Assembly: GCF_000143415.4 (NCBI RefSeq) | Contig: NW_003314273.1 | Span: 1,704,052-1,768,051, forward strand | Direction of reading: 5' to 3' | Origin: Selaginella moellendorffii | Taxonomy: Eukaryota; Plantae; Lycopodiophyta | DNA length: 64,000 bases | Part shown: piece by piece, positions 9,699 through 20,682 of the stretch | Layout: every line of letters begins with the position of its first letter | Numbering within the stretch: position 1 is the stretch's first letter | The notes under the pieces: generated by a model | What the model saw: the letters and a program-made list of their open reading frames with translations, nothing else | What the model was told of the DNA's origin: nothing | Databases searched by the model: none | Program-made: the position numbers and the translations under genes

Positions 9699-12179
9699 CC
9701 AGCCTGAGCAGCCTATGGAAGAAATGCAAGAGGGGGATGAGGAGCCAGAGAAAGATAATGAGTAGGAAGAGCAGAAGGACGAAGAGGAGGACAAAGAAGA
9801 GGAGGATGAAGAAGAGGAGGACGAAGAGGACTTGGATGGTCCTCACAATGGTGACGATCACAATAACGACGACGACGATGATGACGACGATGGCCAGCCT
9901 GAGGTGGCCAAAGAGCAGCGGAGGAAGGTCATACAAGACAAACCATCAGGTAAATAATAGTACATCCATTCCTAACCTTTTACCATTTCTAACATTGTCC
10001 ATGTAGGTCGCAGAGCAAATGGTAAGTAGAGATTATTCAGTTGAATTAAGATACAAACTCTAGCCTTTAGTGTCGAGGAAGGATAGTGCCAAGCAAGGGT
10101 CGAAACGTATGTCCAATCCTTCAGAATCAGTAGTGCGCCCAAGTGATATCGGTCCTAGTTCCTCAATAGCAGTTGATGGTAAATACAGTATAGTCGATTC
10201 AATGTGCTAATGAGTTTGTTTTTAGTAGCACGAGAGGATACCATCTCAATCGAAGGGAGATATTTGGACATGCATATGGATCTGCCAATAGACTCTACTT
10301 GCCTGCAAGAGTCATCAGAGCTGGTGGAGGCTACTATCCATATCAACGCCAAGCAAGCTGACCACGCTCCACTTGATGCTGCCCATACCACTGAGTCAAT
10401 CTTGTCCACGTATCCAACTGACGGTGACCAGGCGCCATTGGACCCGCATGAGGCCGCCTCAGCCGCCGAGCCGGTCGTATCCTCATTTCCAATGGACTCA
10501 ACGTGTGCCCAATCGTCTGACTACGTGCCATTGGAACCTCCCTACACCGCCCCTGCTGCCTGTTCGGTCATGTCCACTTTGCCAACAGAGGCACCAGCTG
10601 AAATGGCGTGTGATCACACGCCATCGGAACCACCCCATGCCACTGTTGAGCCAGTTGTACTAGAGTCTACAGCTGAAATGGCATGTGCCCACACGCCATC
10701 GGATGCGATTGACCCCACATTGCAGAGGAGAGTATTTCCGCCCTTCATGTTTCCTCGACCAAAACCCTCTCAACGACCATCGGGAGCACCATTCGCTAAT
10801 ATTGTAGATGGTAAAATTGACTTGTACCATTTTTTATGCTGATGCATTTCATTTCAGAGTCACGGCGAAGGTACTGTATCGTTTTTGATCTGAACGGTGT
10901 CCTTTTCTCCCATGAGCGTGGCTCGTCCTCGAATGTCACTGCACCCTCCAAAGCCTACAGTCGCAAGTTGGTCAAAAGAGACAGATTCACATTAATCACA
11001 CGGGAGAAACTGCGGGATCTAATAATAACCATGCGACACTTAAAACAGAGGGCCGGGTTCAATTTGCAATTGGGAGTTTGGACATCCATGATGCGCCACA
11101 ATGCATTAACGTTGCTACAGATGATGCACGATCAGACGCGAGTAATATTACCATTTGACTTTCTCCTAACACAGGAGGATTGCTTGACTATGGTCCATGT
11201 GAGGGGTAGCAAGCCCATCTTCGTCAAGCCAGAGGCTGTAGTGATGAACCGGACTGCTAGTTCAAGTGAAATCCTCATCATCGATGACTCGCCGATTAAA
11301 ACTGCAGCGAACACGCACACATATGGAGTGCACCCCATCTCTTGCAGTATGGAAACTAGGGAGAAGAAACCGTATGTTCTGGGGGACCTTGCAAAACGGC
11401 TTGGAGCGATGGTGATAGAGAACCGGCCAGTCCAGGAGGTGGCTGCAGAAATCAACCAAATGGCAGATGGAACGGTATATCAGAAGCCATTTGATCAGAC
11501 AGACACCAGTCATCATTTATGGCATGTATATTGTCTAGCCAAGCACTATCCGCATCTCCATAATCTGCTCAACCGGATGGGTTCTTCGACCACTGAACAT
11601 GAGCGTGGACGTATTAGAGAAGAGATGGCATTACTATTGGGTTTAAATCCTGATAGTGTGGAGAGTGATGAAATTCCAAGATTATTGTATAGGCGTTGGA
11701 GGCAAAAAATAATAGTCTGAGATGGCATGTATTTATTTTAAAATGTAACTTATTATGGCATGGGGTTCCATGCCATTGTATTAATATTAAAAGACAATTC
11801 TTTGAGAGGATTTGCATTATGCTAGAAGTGTTACAACATGTTATTGGAAGTCTACGAAGTTGTTTTATTAATAAGGGGAAAGTAAAGATTGAATGGGGAC
11901 TTGGGCTCCACCTAGACTCGGAGCAATTGAGCCAATATTAAAAGGATGGAAAGAAATTGGACGACGATGACAAGGAGAAGAGAGAGGTGAAGCAGTGGCA
12001 GGGGGAGGAGAAGTGATTGAGTAGACATTTCCTTGTTTAAAATAAAATGGCATGTGCCTCAATGCAGTTGAATTTTGTTATATTTATATACTATATAAAG
12101 GTTTGGAAACCTTATTTTACAAGTGGGATAATGACAATTCCCACTTTAACGAAATAAAGCTTAATATCAGTAGCCATAT

Positions 12180-12630
12180 GCTAGTACCTCGGACAAAAAT
12201 AAGAATTGTGGGAATAAATAAGGTGATCAGAAACAAAAGGTGGAAGGAAGGTTCCACCTTGAAGGCTCACAAGCAACGGTTAACAAAGGTGGTGGTGGTT
12301 GGAGACCACTAGCAGCTTCTTTTGGTCTTAGGCCCTTTGTTCCTCCTCCTGATGGGTACGAGTAGCAGCAACTTGCAAAACCTACTCTTTATGGAACTGG
12401 TAGTGTGGGTTATTGCTTCCATTGTGGAGAATCAGTACATAGGTCGGATGACAGTGGTAGTGAAGCTAAAGGGGTTGACAAGTTGGTCAATGCAGACTAT
12501 GAGGAAGAGGAGGTGAGTTACTTTCATTGCTTTCCTCAAGTTTTTCTTGCAGTCCATGCAAACACTGATCTATTGATGTATCTGGTAGGCTTTGTCTGCA
12601 GACACTAAATCCGAGTGATGATTGATCATG
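12180..12630 (+). pseudogene. Ty3/gypsy gag zinc-knuckle / protease fragment
   Basis: GYCFHCGES and VGFVCRH-IRVMID. It is a reverse-complement match to the gag-pro remnant at about 31350-31870. Confidence 0.7.
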
Positions 12631-12659
12631 TTAATCCTGCTAACCCTGCTAACCAAAGA

Positions 12660-13064
12660 AAGAAATGATGGTTGGAACTTCCCAAGACTTCACCGCTTCC
12701 ACCTTCTTTGGATCTACCTCAATCACATCACCACCAACTATATGTCCAAAAAAGTTTATGTGCAATTATCTGAAAGCACATTTACTTTCCTTAGCATATA
12801 GTTTGTGTTTGTGCAACTTCTGAAACACCAGCCCAAGTGTTTCAAATGATCCTCCAACATTTCACTGAAGGCAAGAACATCATCGACATATAGGACAACA
12901 AATGTGTCCAAATAATCTCTAAATATTCTATCCATTATAGTGTTGAATGTTGCTGGAGTATTGCATGACCCAAATGGCATGACAAAGAACTCATAAGATC
13001 CATATCTAGTCTTGAAGGCTGTCTTTTCCACATCCTGATCTGCCACTCGTATCTAATGATACCT
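12660..13064 (-). pseudogene. Ty3/gypsy reverse transcriptase fragment
   Basis: [31 protein letters not shown]...VVLYVDDVL. Confidence 0.85.
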
Positions 13065-13410
13065 TGTAGCGCACCTTAATTTGGAGCCACACTCCAAGCC
13101 CATTGTGCTACGAAACAAAAGTCTGGTACAATCCCACGACCACCAGCTCCCCGTATCTAGCACCTGCATGCAAAATGGTGTCAAATAGAGTTTGGCACAA
13201 CTTATGCATACTAGTGGCTTAACGTGAGGAGCAGGGTACCCCACCGACTAGAGCAGTGTGGAGTTTGGGCTTAGACACAAGCCAGATATAGAACAAGGAG
13301 TGATATAGCCCAGCAAAAGCCAAACTAATGTTTCAGGTGGTCGGACATGCATTCCAACCACTATCCCTATTATACATTTGGAACCACCCATGCCCCCCCC
13401 CCCCCCCCCC
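13065..13410 (-). mobile_element. Partial LTR related to family D, inserted in the RT fragment
   Basis: Starts TGTAGCGCAC exactly where the RT breaks. CCACTATCCCTATTATACATTTGGAACC is the reverse complement of a block at about 43505-43535. Confidence 0.5.
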
Positions 13411-13678
13411 TAAAAAAGCTTCTAAAAAAAAGATCCCCTTAGGGTTAAGTTCTGGGAAAAAAAGCCCCCTTGCTCTCCCCCTTGAAAAGAAAAAACCCGT
13501 CAATGCTGAGCCTTATGACGGCGAAAACTAACCGGAGCTTTGGCCCTCCCCCCAAAAATCTTATACCAAATTTGGGCGGATTTCTCCCTCAAAGACTCAA
13601 CGGGCGGGGACAAACCATTGGAAATTGGGTTCCGGATTAACAACCGGTAAAGCCACCCCCTGGCATTTCCTTGGAAGA

Positions 13679-16600
13679 TTAAGCAAATAAAATTTCCATT
13701 CTACTTTAGTCACTTAACCACACCTCTGACCACTTGGAGGAGTCTCATTCACAACCTCCATAAGTCCAATCCAGGACTTGGGACTTGCTGGCCCCGAGAA
13801 TGGCATTCATGCCACTCAACTTTTGCACTTGGTCCAAGTGCTCCACGTGTCCGATCCCATGACCGACACTCAAAGGTACCACCGACATAGCAGCCCGTTA
13901 CGCTAAGGCCATGCCCAATCACCTTTGCCACACTGGTAGTCCAATACCACTTGCATCACCGTCTTGGCTCTCCAAGACTAGGCAAACCATCCGTGAGTGG
14001 TCATCTCAGATCCACTCCTTAGCATCCTTAGGATGCCCACCGACAAGGGGAATAGCCTTCCCCAATATCCCTCTGTCAGTCCCCACTAAGTCCCTTTCTG
14101 CCCCTGGCCGTGTTTGCCAACACTGCTACTGGATCGAGACCCACAGGCCCGACCACTAAGTCCCACGGTCCTCTGGGACTTCCTCACCACACGACTGTGT
14201 CCTTGGTCACTACCCCAGAGGACTACTCCTCTTCCTTTCCACAGTCTGGGCCTTTGGGACAACATTTCGGAACACCGTGGCTTTACGCGAGCCACCTGGG
14301 TACTCTCCTCGCCTTCTGCCCTTGGGTGCTCTAGCCATGGGCTTAGAGCGGGTTCCGTTGAGCCACACCAGGTATCCAAGTAGGTAGTGCCCCCCACACT
14401 TGGACTGGGAGCATCGGCCAGTCGATCTCCCGGGGGAACTAGAGCCGGCTCTTGAACACTTCACCAAGCTACCCCGCTTGTCGGTCCGTGTTCACTCTAG
14501 TCTTGGACTTCCCAGTGGGCAGCTCATCACCCAACACTGGGTCCGGCCTTCCTGGGCCAAACTGGCCTTTCCTGGCCAAACTGGCTCCACTGCAGTCCTC
14601 CCCCTACTATACTTTTGGAGCTCACCAAACCCCCCAGGGTCTGGGAGACGAACGCTTTGGGCTTTCACCCTCTCAGGCTTCGGACTCGGACTTGGACTCG
14701 GACTCGGACTCGGACTCGGATTCGGACTCGGACTCGGGCTCGGGCTCGGTCTCGGCCTCGGCCTCGGTCTCGGTCTCGGTCCCGATCTCAGTCTCGGTCT
14801 CGGTCTCGGTCTCGGTCCCGGTCTCGGTCTCGACTTCGGACTCCATCTCGGACTCCATCTCGGACTCCATCTCGGACTCCATCTCGGACTCCATCTCGGA
14901 CTCCATCTCGGGTCCATCTCGGACTCCATCTCGGACTCCATCTCGGGTCCATCTCGGACTCCATCTCGGACTCCATTTCGGGTCCATCTCGGGTCCACCT
15001 CGGACTCCATCTCGGACTCCATCTCGGGTCCATCTCGGACTCCACTTCGGACTCCAACTCGGGTCCATCTCGGGTCCACCTCGGACTCCACTTCGGACTC
15101 CATCTCGGACTCCATCTCGGGTCCATCTTGGACTCCACTTCGGACTCCAACTCGGGTCCATCTTGGACTCCACTTCGGACTCCAACTCGGGTCCATCTCG
15201 GACTCCACTTCGGACTCCAACTCGAGTCCATCTCGGACACTCCCACGTGTCATGTGTTGGTCCTTTTGGGTCCCTTTTTGGAGCCTCGCCTTTTGCTCGC
15301 TTCGTGCTCGTTCCTCGAGCACTTCGTTGGGAGTTCCACTCCTGCTCTTGACTTTTCAAGTCGGAGCTTTTGGTCCAAACGTGTTACGCTCGTTTGGCTC
15401 TTGCTTCAGCCACTACCATGTGGCGCCCTTCCGGCTCCACTTTGGGGCCTAGGGATTTTGTGTCTCACAACTCCACCACCCATAGACGAAGTTCGATGTC
15501 CTCATCGAACGGTAAACCATTTTGTAAAGTAACACTCGCATGCGTTACCATTTCCATCCTTGGCACCTAGCCAATATTTGTCAATGGTTTGACATTGAAG
15601 GCTCACCATGCCTTTTGCATATGCCTCAATGGTTTGACACCAAAGGCTCACCATGCCTTGCCTATCCTCTAAGGAGGGTAGTCTCTCCAATTTAGAGACT
15701 GATTGGACCACATGTAGTGGTTTTCTCCTTTTATTGGTTTAGTTCTCGCTAAACCTCTTAGAGACCCTTCTCTAAGTCCATCCCATTACTCCTTCTCGAG
15801 TAGTCTCAATTTCCATCTATTGAATGTTTGCACCTTGGAACTTTTACTCTTTTGACTTTTGGAAGTCAATTTCCTAGGTGTCTCCAACACCTTGCATTGC
15901 ACAGATTGTGCGACTCTACTTCCCTATCCTAGGAAGTTCATTACTTGAGGGCACCATCATCCTCTCTTCTATTTCCTGCCACCTTGGGCACTAAGTTCCA
16001 TTTATCACACTTTGTGCTAGGGTTGTCCATTGCCCTATCATTTGGCTACCTTACCGCTCCCTCTCTTGGAGCTTCCACTTTCGCCAAATCGGAGCAATTC
16101 GGAATCCATCCTTGGAAACACACTTCCTTTCCCACAATTTGTTAGCGTCCAACACATTAGTGTTCCTCGCCTAACTTTGTCACTTGGATTCCTTCCAAAG
16201 GATTCCACGGCCCTATCTTGGCCACTCATCTTTTGCTCTTATCCGTTGATGGTTGCACCAAGCAACATTGAATCTCTACCTCCCTCCTTGAGGTATTCTT
16301 TTGATTCCATAGCAAAGGCTCTGCTTTGCCAAGACTAAGGTGTTCACCCCTAGTAAGTCTCTTTTAGCATCTTCTGTTGTGGGCTCTATCCTCGGCCCAA
16401 CTTTGTGACCCTCTCATGGGTCTCTTTAGAGACTACTTTCCTTGGACACACTATGCCATCGCAATGACATAGCTCATTTCCCTAAGGTGCTTTTCCCACT
16501 TGGTCACCTTGACCAAGCCACACCATCATCAATAGTTCAAATCAACACTTTGAACTAGGAACCTTATTCCTTATCCCAAACAAGGACCTTGTCCTTATTT

Positions 16601-17534
16601 AACCACAAGATCACCTAGTGATCTCACCTCGGCACCTTAACAGGTTTGCCAATAGGTACTAGGTCTTCCAGACCTTTAACTTGTTAACTACGACCCCGGG
16701 GGCATCCCCCACACTTGGCGGTGCGCCCAAGCCAGCCCTTCCGGCCAAGGGTCCATAGCAACTGAGATTAGGTGTCCCCATCTCACTCACCACGTCCTTG
16801 GTGCCACTTGCACCAAAGCGTTCAAGTTAGATATGCCGAGCTTTCACACTAAGCAATCTAATCGTGCATCACGACTCCGAGGCATCCCTCGCTTGGCGGT
16901 GTGCCCAAACCAGTCTCCCCACTGAGAGTCCATGACCACCGAAATATGAGTGTCCTCATATTCCAAACCATCACCACGCCCTAGTGATTTGGGACTCGAA
17001 CCCAAGCACTAGAGGGTCGGGACTTGAACCCAACCTCCGTATATGCATCTACGGACGGCATCACACAAGATGCCTGGCGTGACTCCCCACGCCGGTGCAC
17101 CAACTTATTTTTAAAGCGCGCTACAGATCACAGCTTAGGAACCTAGTTCCCCCACACTGCCAAGTCCTCTCACTTGACATATCTGTGATCATGCATGGGC
17201 TCCTCCATGCTTGGCCCCATGGGCCACCCTTTTTGAAGTTAGCACCTTCAACTAGGGTATTTGTTCCCCCCAACTTGCCAATCTCACTTAGCAAGTCATC
17301 CGGCCACCGTAACATGGTTCATGCATAAGCGTGGAAGTCCTTAACCATCAACTTTCGTTCAAAGCCCTCTCTTTGAACACTCGGGAGCTACTTCCCTAAC
17401 CTTGATAGCCTTGCCTCATGGCAAGCTTCAAGACCACGCTTCTGCTGCGCCACTCTGATTTCGCGCGTTCTATGAACCATTTACACTTGGCCTTTCTAGG
17501 TACTACGCTACCTAGAATCGTCTTTGGGAACCTT
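13679..17534 (-). mobile_element. 5-prime-truncated family A non-autonomous LTR element (3-prime LTR about 13679-15469, PPT 15470-15483, non-coding internal region)
   Basis: Reverse-complement match to 51185-55037. The PPT reads ACTCCACCACCCAT on the plus strand. It breaks at 17534 against family B pol. Confidence 0.88.
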
Positions 17535-20500
17535 ACTTGCTGTTTATTTGTGACTTGGGGGACCAAGGCATGTGTGGGGGAGAAGCAGCAGTACGGGATG
17601 TACTTGATGAGTTTTCTGATGTTTTTCCATCTGAACTTCTTCATGAATTGCCTCCATTACGAGGTGTGGAGCATGGGATTACATTGGAGCCGGGGATGCG
17701 GCCAATTTACCGGCGTCCATTTCGGTTAAATTATGCGGAGGAGCAAGAAGTTCAACGACAAGTCAAGGAGTTACTTGAGTTTGGATTTATTCAGCCAAGT
17801 AAGTCTTCGTTTGGTGCTCCGGTCTTGCTTGTGAAGAAGAAGGACGGTTCAATGCGAATGTGTATTGACTACCGCGCTTTGAACAAGAAGACAGTGAAGG
17901 ATAAGATGCCGATGCCACGTGTGGATGATATCCTAGACAAGCTTGGTGAAGCACGAGTGTTTACCAAGATTGATCTGAGGAGTGGATATTATCAGATTGC
18001 AATGGATGATGCATCTATCTCTAAGAAGGCATTCAACACAAGCTTCGGACATTTTGAGTTTACAGTTATGCCATTTGGTTTGACGAATGCACCGACCACA
18101 TTTACTCGGTTGATGACGGAGGTATTTGGGCGTTATCTTCATGAGTTTGTAGAGATTTTTGTGGACGATATTCTTGTTTTTAGCAAGAATATGGAGGAGC
18201 ATAGGGTGCATTTGCGCAAGGTTCTTTTGTTACTTCGCGACAGCAAACTTTATGCGAAGAAGAGCAAATGTGAATTTGCAAAGTCAGAGGTGGAATATCT
18301 AGGCCATATTGTGACATCTAAAGGTGTCAAGACAGATCCAAGGAAGGTGGCTATAGTGGAAAACTAGCCTACACCGACTACAGTGGCTGAGTTGCATAGT
18401 TTTCTTGGTATGGCTAGTTACTACCGAGGTTTCGAGCATAAGTTTGCAAAGGTGGCTATTCCTTTGACGCGGTTGTTACGCCGATGAGCAGCTTGTTCGC
18501 GGCGCTCACATTCCTTGCAACCTCGTGTTGCTCCTCCAGGCTGCAAGAATGTGCCATTCAAGTGGAAGAAGCCACAAGAGAAGAGTTTTATGGATTGTTG
18601 AGCGAGACTCCAGTGCTTCGCATTGTTGATCCATCGAAACCTTACGAGGTGACATGCGATGCGAGTGGTTATGCACTGGGAGGAGTTCTCATGCAAAAGG
18701 GACAGCCTATTGCATATGAGAGTCGAACTTTGAATTCCGCGGAGCAACACTATTCCACATTATTCTCTATATATACTCTATATATATATATATTCTCAAT
18801 ACTCTCTATTGTTCATGCTTTGTGGACGTGGCGACACTATCTTTATAGTGTAGTGTTCATGGTGTTGACAAATCACAAACCACTTGTGTATCTTTTCACA
18901 CAGAAGGAGTTGAACACTCGGCAAGCTCGTTGGATTGTCAAACTCATGGAGTTTGGGGAGTTTCCTATTGAGCATTGTCCGGGAAAATCAAATGTGGTGG
19001 CAGATTCTTTATCTCGTGTTAGTCATGTGACGACGTTACAAACACGATTTTGTCATCATTTGAGTAAGGTGGTCAGCGAGTTTGGGCAGTTGGTTGAGCA
19101 TGCTCAGGCTCAGGATGTTGAGGTGGCCTCTTTGCGAGACCAGATGGAAGCTCCTTTCTCATTGGTGGATGGGATTCTCTACTACAATGGCTGTGTATAT
19201 TTGCCACGGGTGGATGCATTAATTACTCAAGTTTTATTCCACTATCATGATCGTCCAGAGGCTGGTCATTTTGGGGGGATGAAGACGTATGAGTTGATTA
19301 AGTGCAACTTTTATTGGAGGAATATAAAGGCTGATATCCTCAAGTATTGTAAATCATGCGAGCTTTGTCAGCGGGTTAAGGTGCCACTGGAGAAGCCGGG
19401 GGGACTTTTGCAACCTTTACCTATTCCTCAGAGCCGTTGGTGTAGTATCTCTATGGACTTCATCACTTGTTTGCCACGAACACAAAGGCAAAAGGAGCAA
19501 GTATGGGTCATAGTGGATTGATTGACAAAGTATGTGCGGTTGTTGGCTCTTCGGAAGAATGTCATTGCCTCGGACTTGGCTGCAATTTACTTGGAGAAGG
19601 TTTTCTTGATTTTGGTTTGCCGTAGGACATCATTAGTGATCGAGATTCAAAGTTCACCAGTGGATTTTGGAAAAGCTTTGCAAAGGCTATGCAAGTGACT
19701 TTGAAACTCTCGAGTGGAAATCATCCTCAGACGGATGGGCAAACCGAGCGTGTGAATCAGGTGGTGGAGGATATGCTACATTGTAGCATTGGTCAAAGGC
19801 AAGGATAGTGGGATTTATATCTTCCGCTGGTGCAATTTGCTTACGACAATAGCCAACACAGTGGAACCAAGCTAAGTCCTTACTTTGCCATGTTTGGAAG
19901 GCATCCTCAAATAACAGTGGAGTTGGGATTGCATTTGAGTAAGGACGTTCAAGATAAGCTTGATTCCGAGGCAACTGATCTGGCCATAGAACTTGATGAG
20001 ATTCTGGTGGCGTGCAAACGGAATTTGCAAGCAGCTCAGGATAGAGCGGAGAAGTTTGCCAATGAGCATCGCCAATTCCAGGAATATAAGGTGGGTGATC
20101 TCGTCTTTGTGCGAGTGATCTTTCTGTCAAGTGAGCAGCGGAACACCTTGGTGCCTTTACAGACAGGGAAGAGTGATAAACTCTCCCATCGACATGCTGG
20201 TCCATATGAAGTGCTGGAGCGCATTGGTAAAGTGGCTTATCGGGTGCGGCTGCCAGCTAGGGTGAAAATTCATCCAGTATTTTATGTCAGCCAATTGAAA
20301 GGTGTACTATCTCGGAGTGACGGGCCCAATGCCTCCTTGATATATACGGCTGTGGAAGATGGATCAGGAGCTTGAGCAAGATTCCCCAAAAAGGGTGATC
20401 ACCGGTACAACTCGTCCTTGGGACAAGGACTTTGTTGGGGGGGAAGAATTGTTAGGCGCCAGCTTTGACTACGTGGTCAACATCGGTCAAAGGGAGGCTC

Positions 20501-20682
20501 AAGGGTATATTAAGGCATGTTAGGGTAAGGGACTTAACCTACCCTAGGGCTCACAGTAGAGCGGCGGCACAGTGGATCTTTTGAGGTAGCTCGGGGGTGG
20601 TTGGGTGGTGAGGAACCTCAAAAGGTGGTGTAGCATAGTCTAGGGCAACTAGATCTCTATCTTTTTGCGCCGGATCATAACA
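17535..20682 (+). mobile_element. 5-prime-truncated Ty3/gypsy element, family B: RT-RNaseH-integrase pseudogene, PPT, 3-prime LTR 20450-20682
   Basis: RMCIDYRALN, FVDDIL, CDASGYALG, H-x6-GHFG...CELC, ISMDFI, HPQTDGQTER and AGPY motifs with stops and frameshifts. PPT GGGGGGGAAGAAT; 233-bp LTR with TGTTA...TAACA ends. Confidence 0.92.

Larger units (their letters stand above)
4320..11720 (+). pseudogene. 12-exon gene (about 1,640 aa): ParB/Srx-like domain + degenerate beta-class DNA amino-methyltransferase fold + acidic low-complexity linker + FCP1/NIF-type HAD phosphatase domain; disrupted
   Basis: Exons 4320-4322, 4562-5739, 5794-7117, 7186-7254, 7293-7382, 7432-7575, 7623-7928 + 9704-9949 (split by a solo LTR), 10007-10021, 10071-10178, 10229-10810 and 10858-11720. 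All introns are GT-AG and the phases join up. Motifs: YNHRLVSDEWVEKL...FYAVSGQHSSLAM (ParB-like); NPEK...KGKCVVEYNCGGLFFRAALLKGVLCVAV (MTase motif X/I-like); CIVFDLNGVLF, GVWTS, TQEDC and IIDDSPIK (FCP1-like). Lesions: TGA at 5660, a 1-nt frameshift near 5697, TAGs near 5737, 7514 and 9762, and the LTR insertion. Confidence 0.7.
263..12068. repeat. Dispersed 22-bp palindrome, consensus ATGGCRTG-N6-CAYGCCAT
   Basis: Copies start at 263, 320, 2166, 2236, 2333, 2911, 4348, 4425, 4485, 5761, 7260, 7401, 7592, 10603, 10678, 11755 and 12047 (degenerate). Partial or half-sites at about 2840, 11519 and 11722. Confidence 0.9.
1..12070. mobile_element. Candidate large (>12 kb) Sola-like DNA transposon carrying a second gene; ends not identified
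   Basis: The transposase and the divergent multi-exon gene are both covered by one palindromic motif (263 to 12068) that stops at about 12.07 kb, where LTR debris begins. No TIR or TSD is visible because the left end is outside the window. Confidence 0.55.

Noticed and set aside
8652-9707. Long ORFs in all six frames (RS/SP/GL/SD-rich), also at 14.4-15.5, 45.7-46.9, 47.3-48.4, 53.2-54.3 and 60.6-61.0 kb
   Set aside because: They are by-products of stop-free 6/12-bp tandem arrays inside LTRs, not SR proteins or other genes.
13390-13690. Homopolymer-rich novel sequence after a poly-C run
   Set aside because: It looks like low-quality read-through after a homopolymer, and the adjacent LTR end is garbled. 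Probably a sequencing or assembly artefact.
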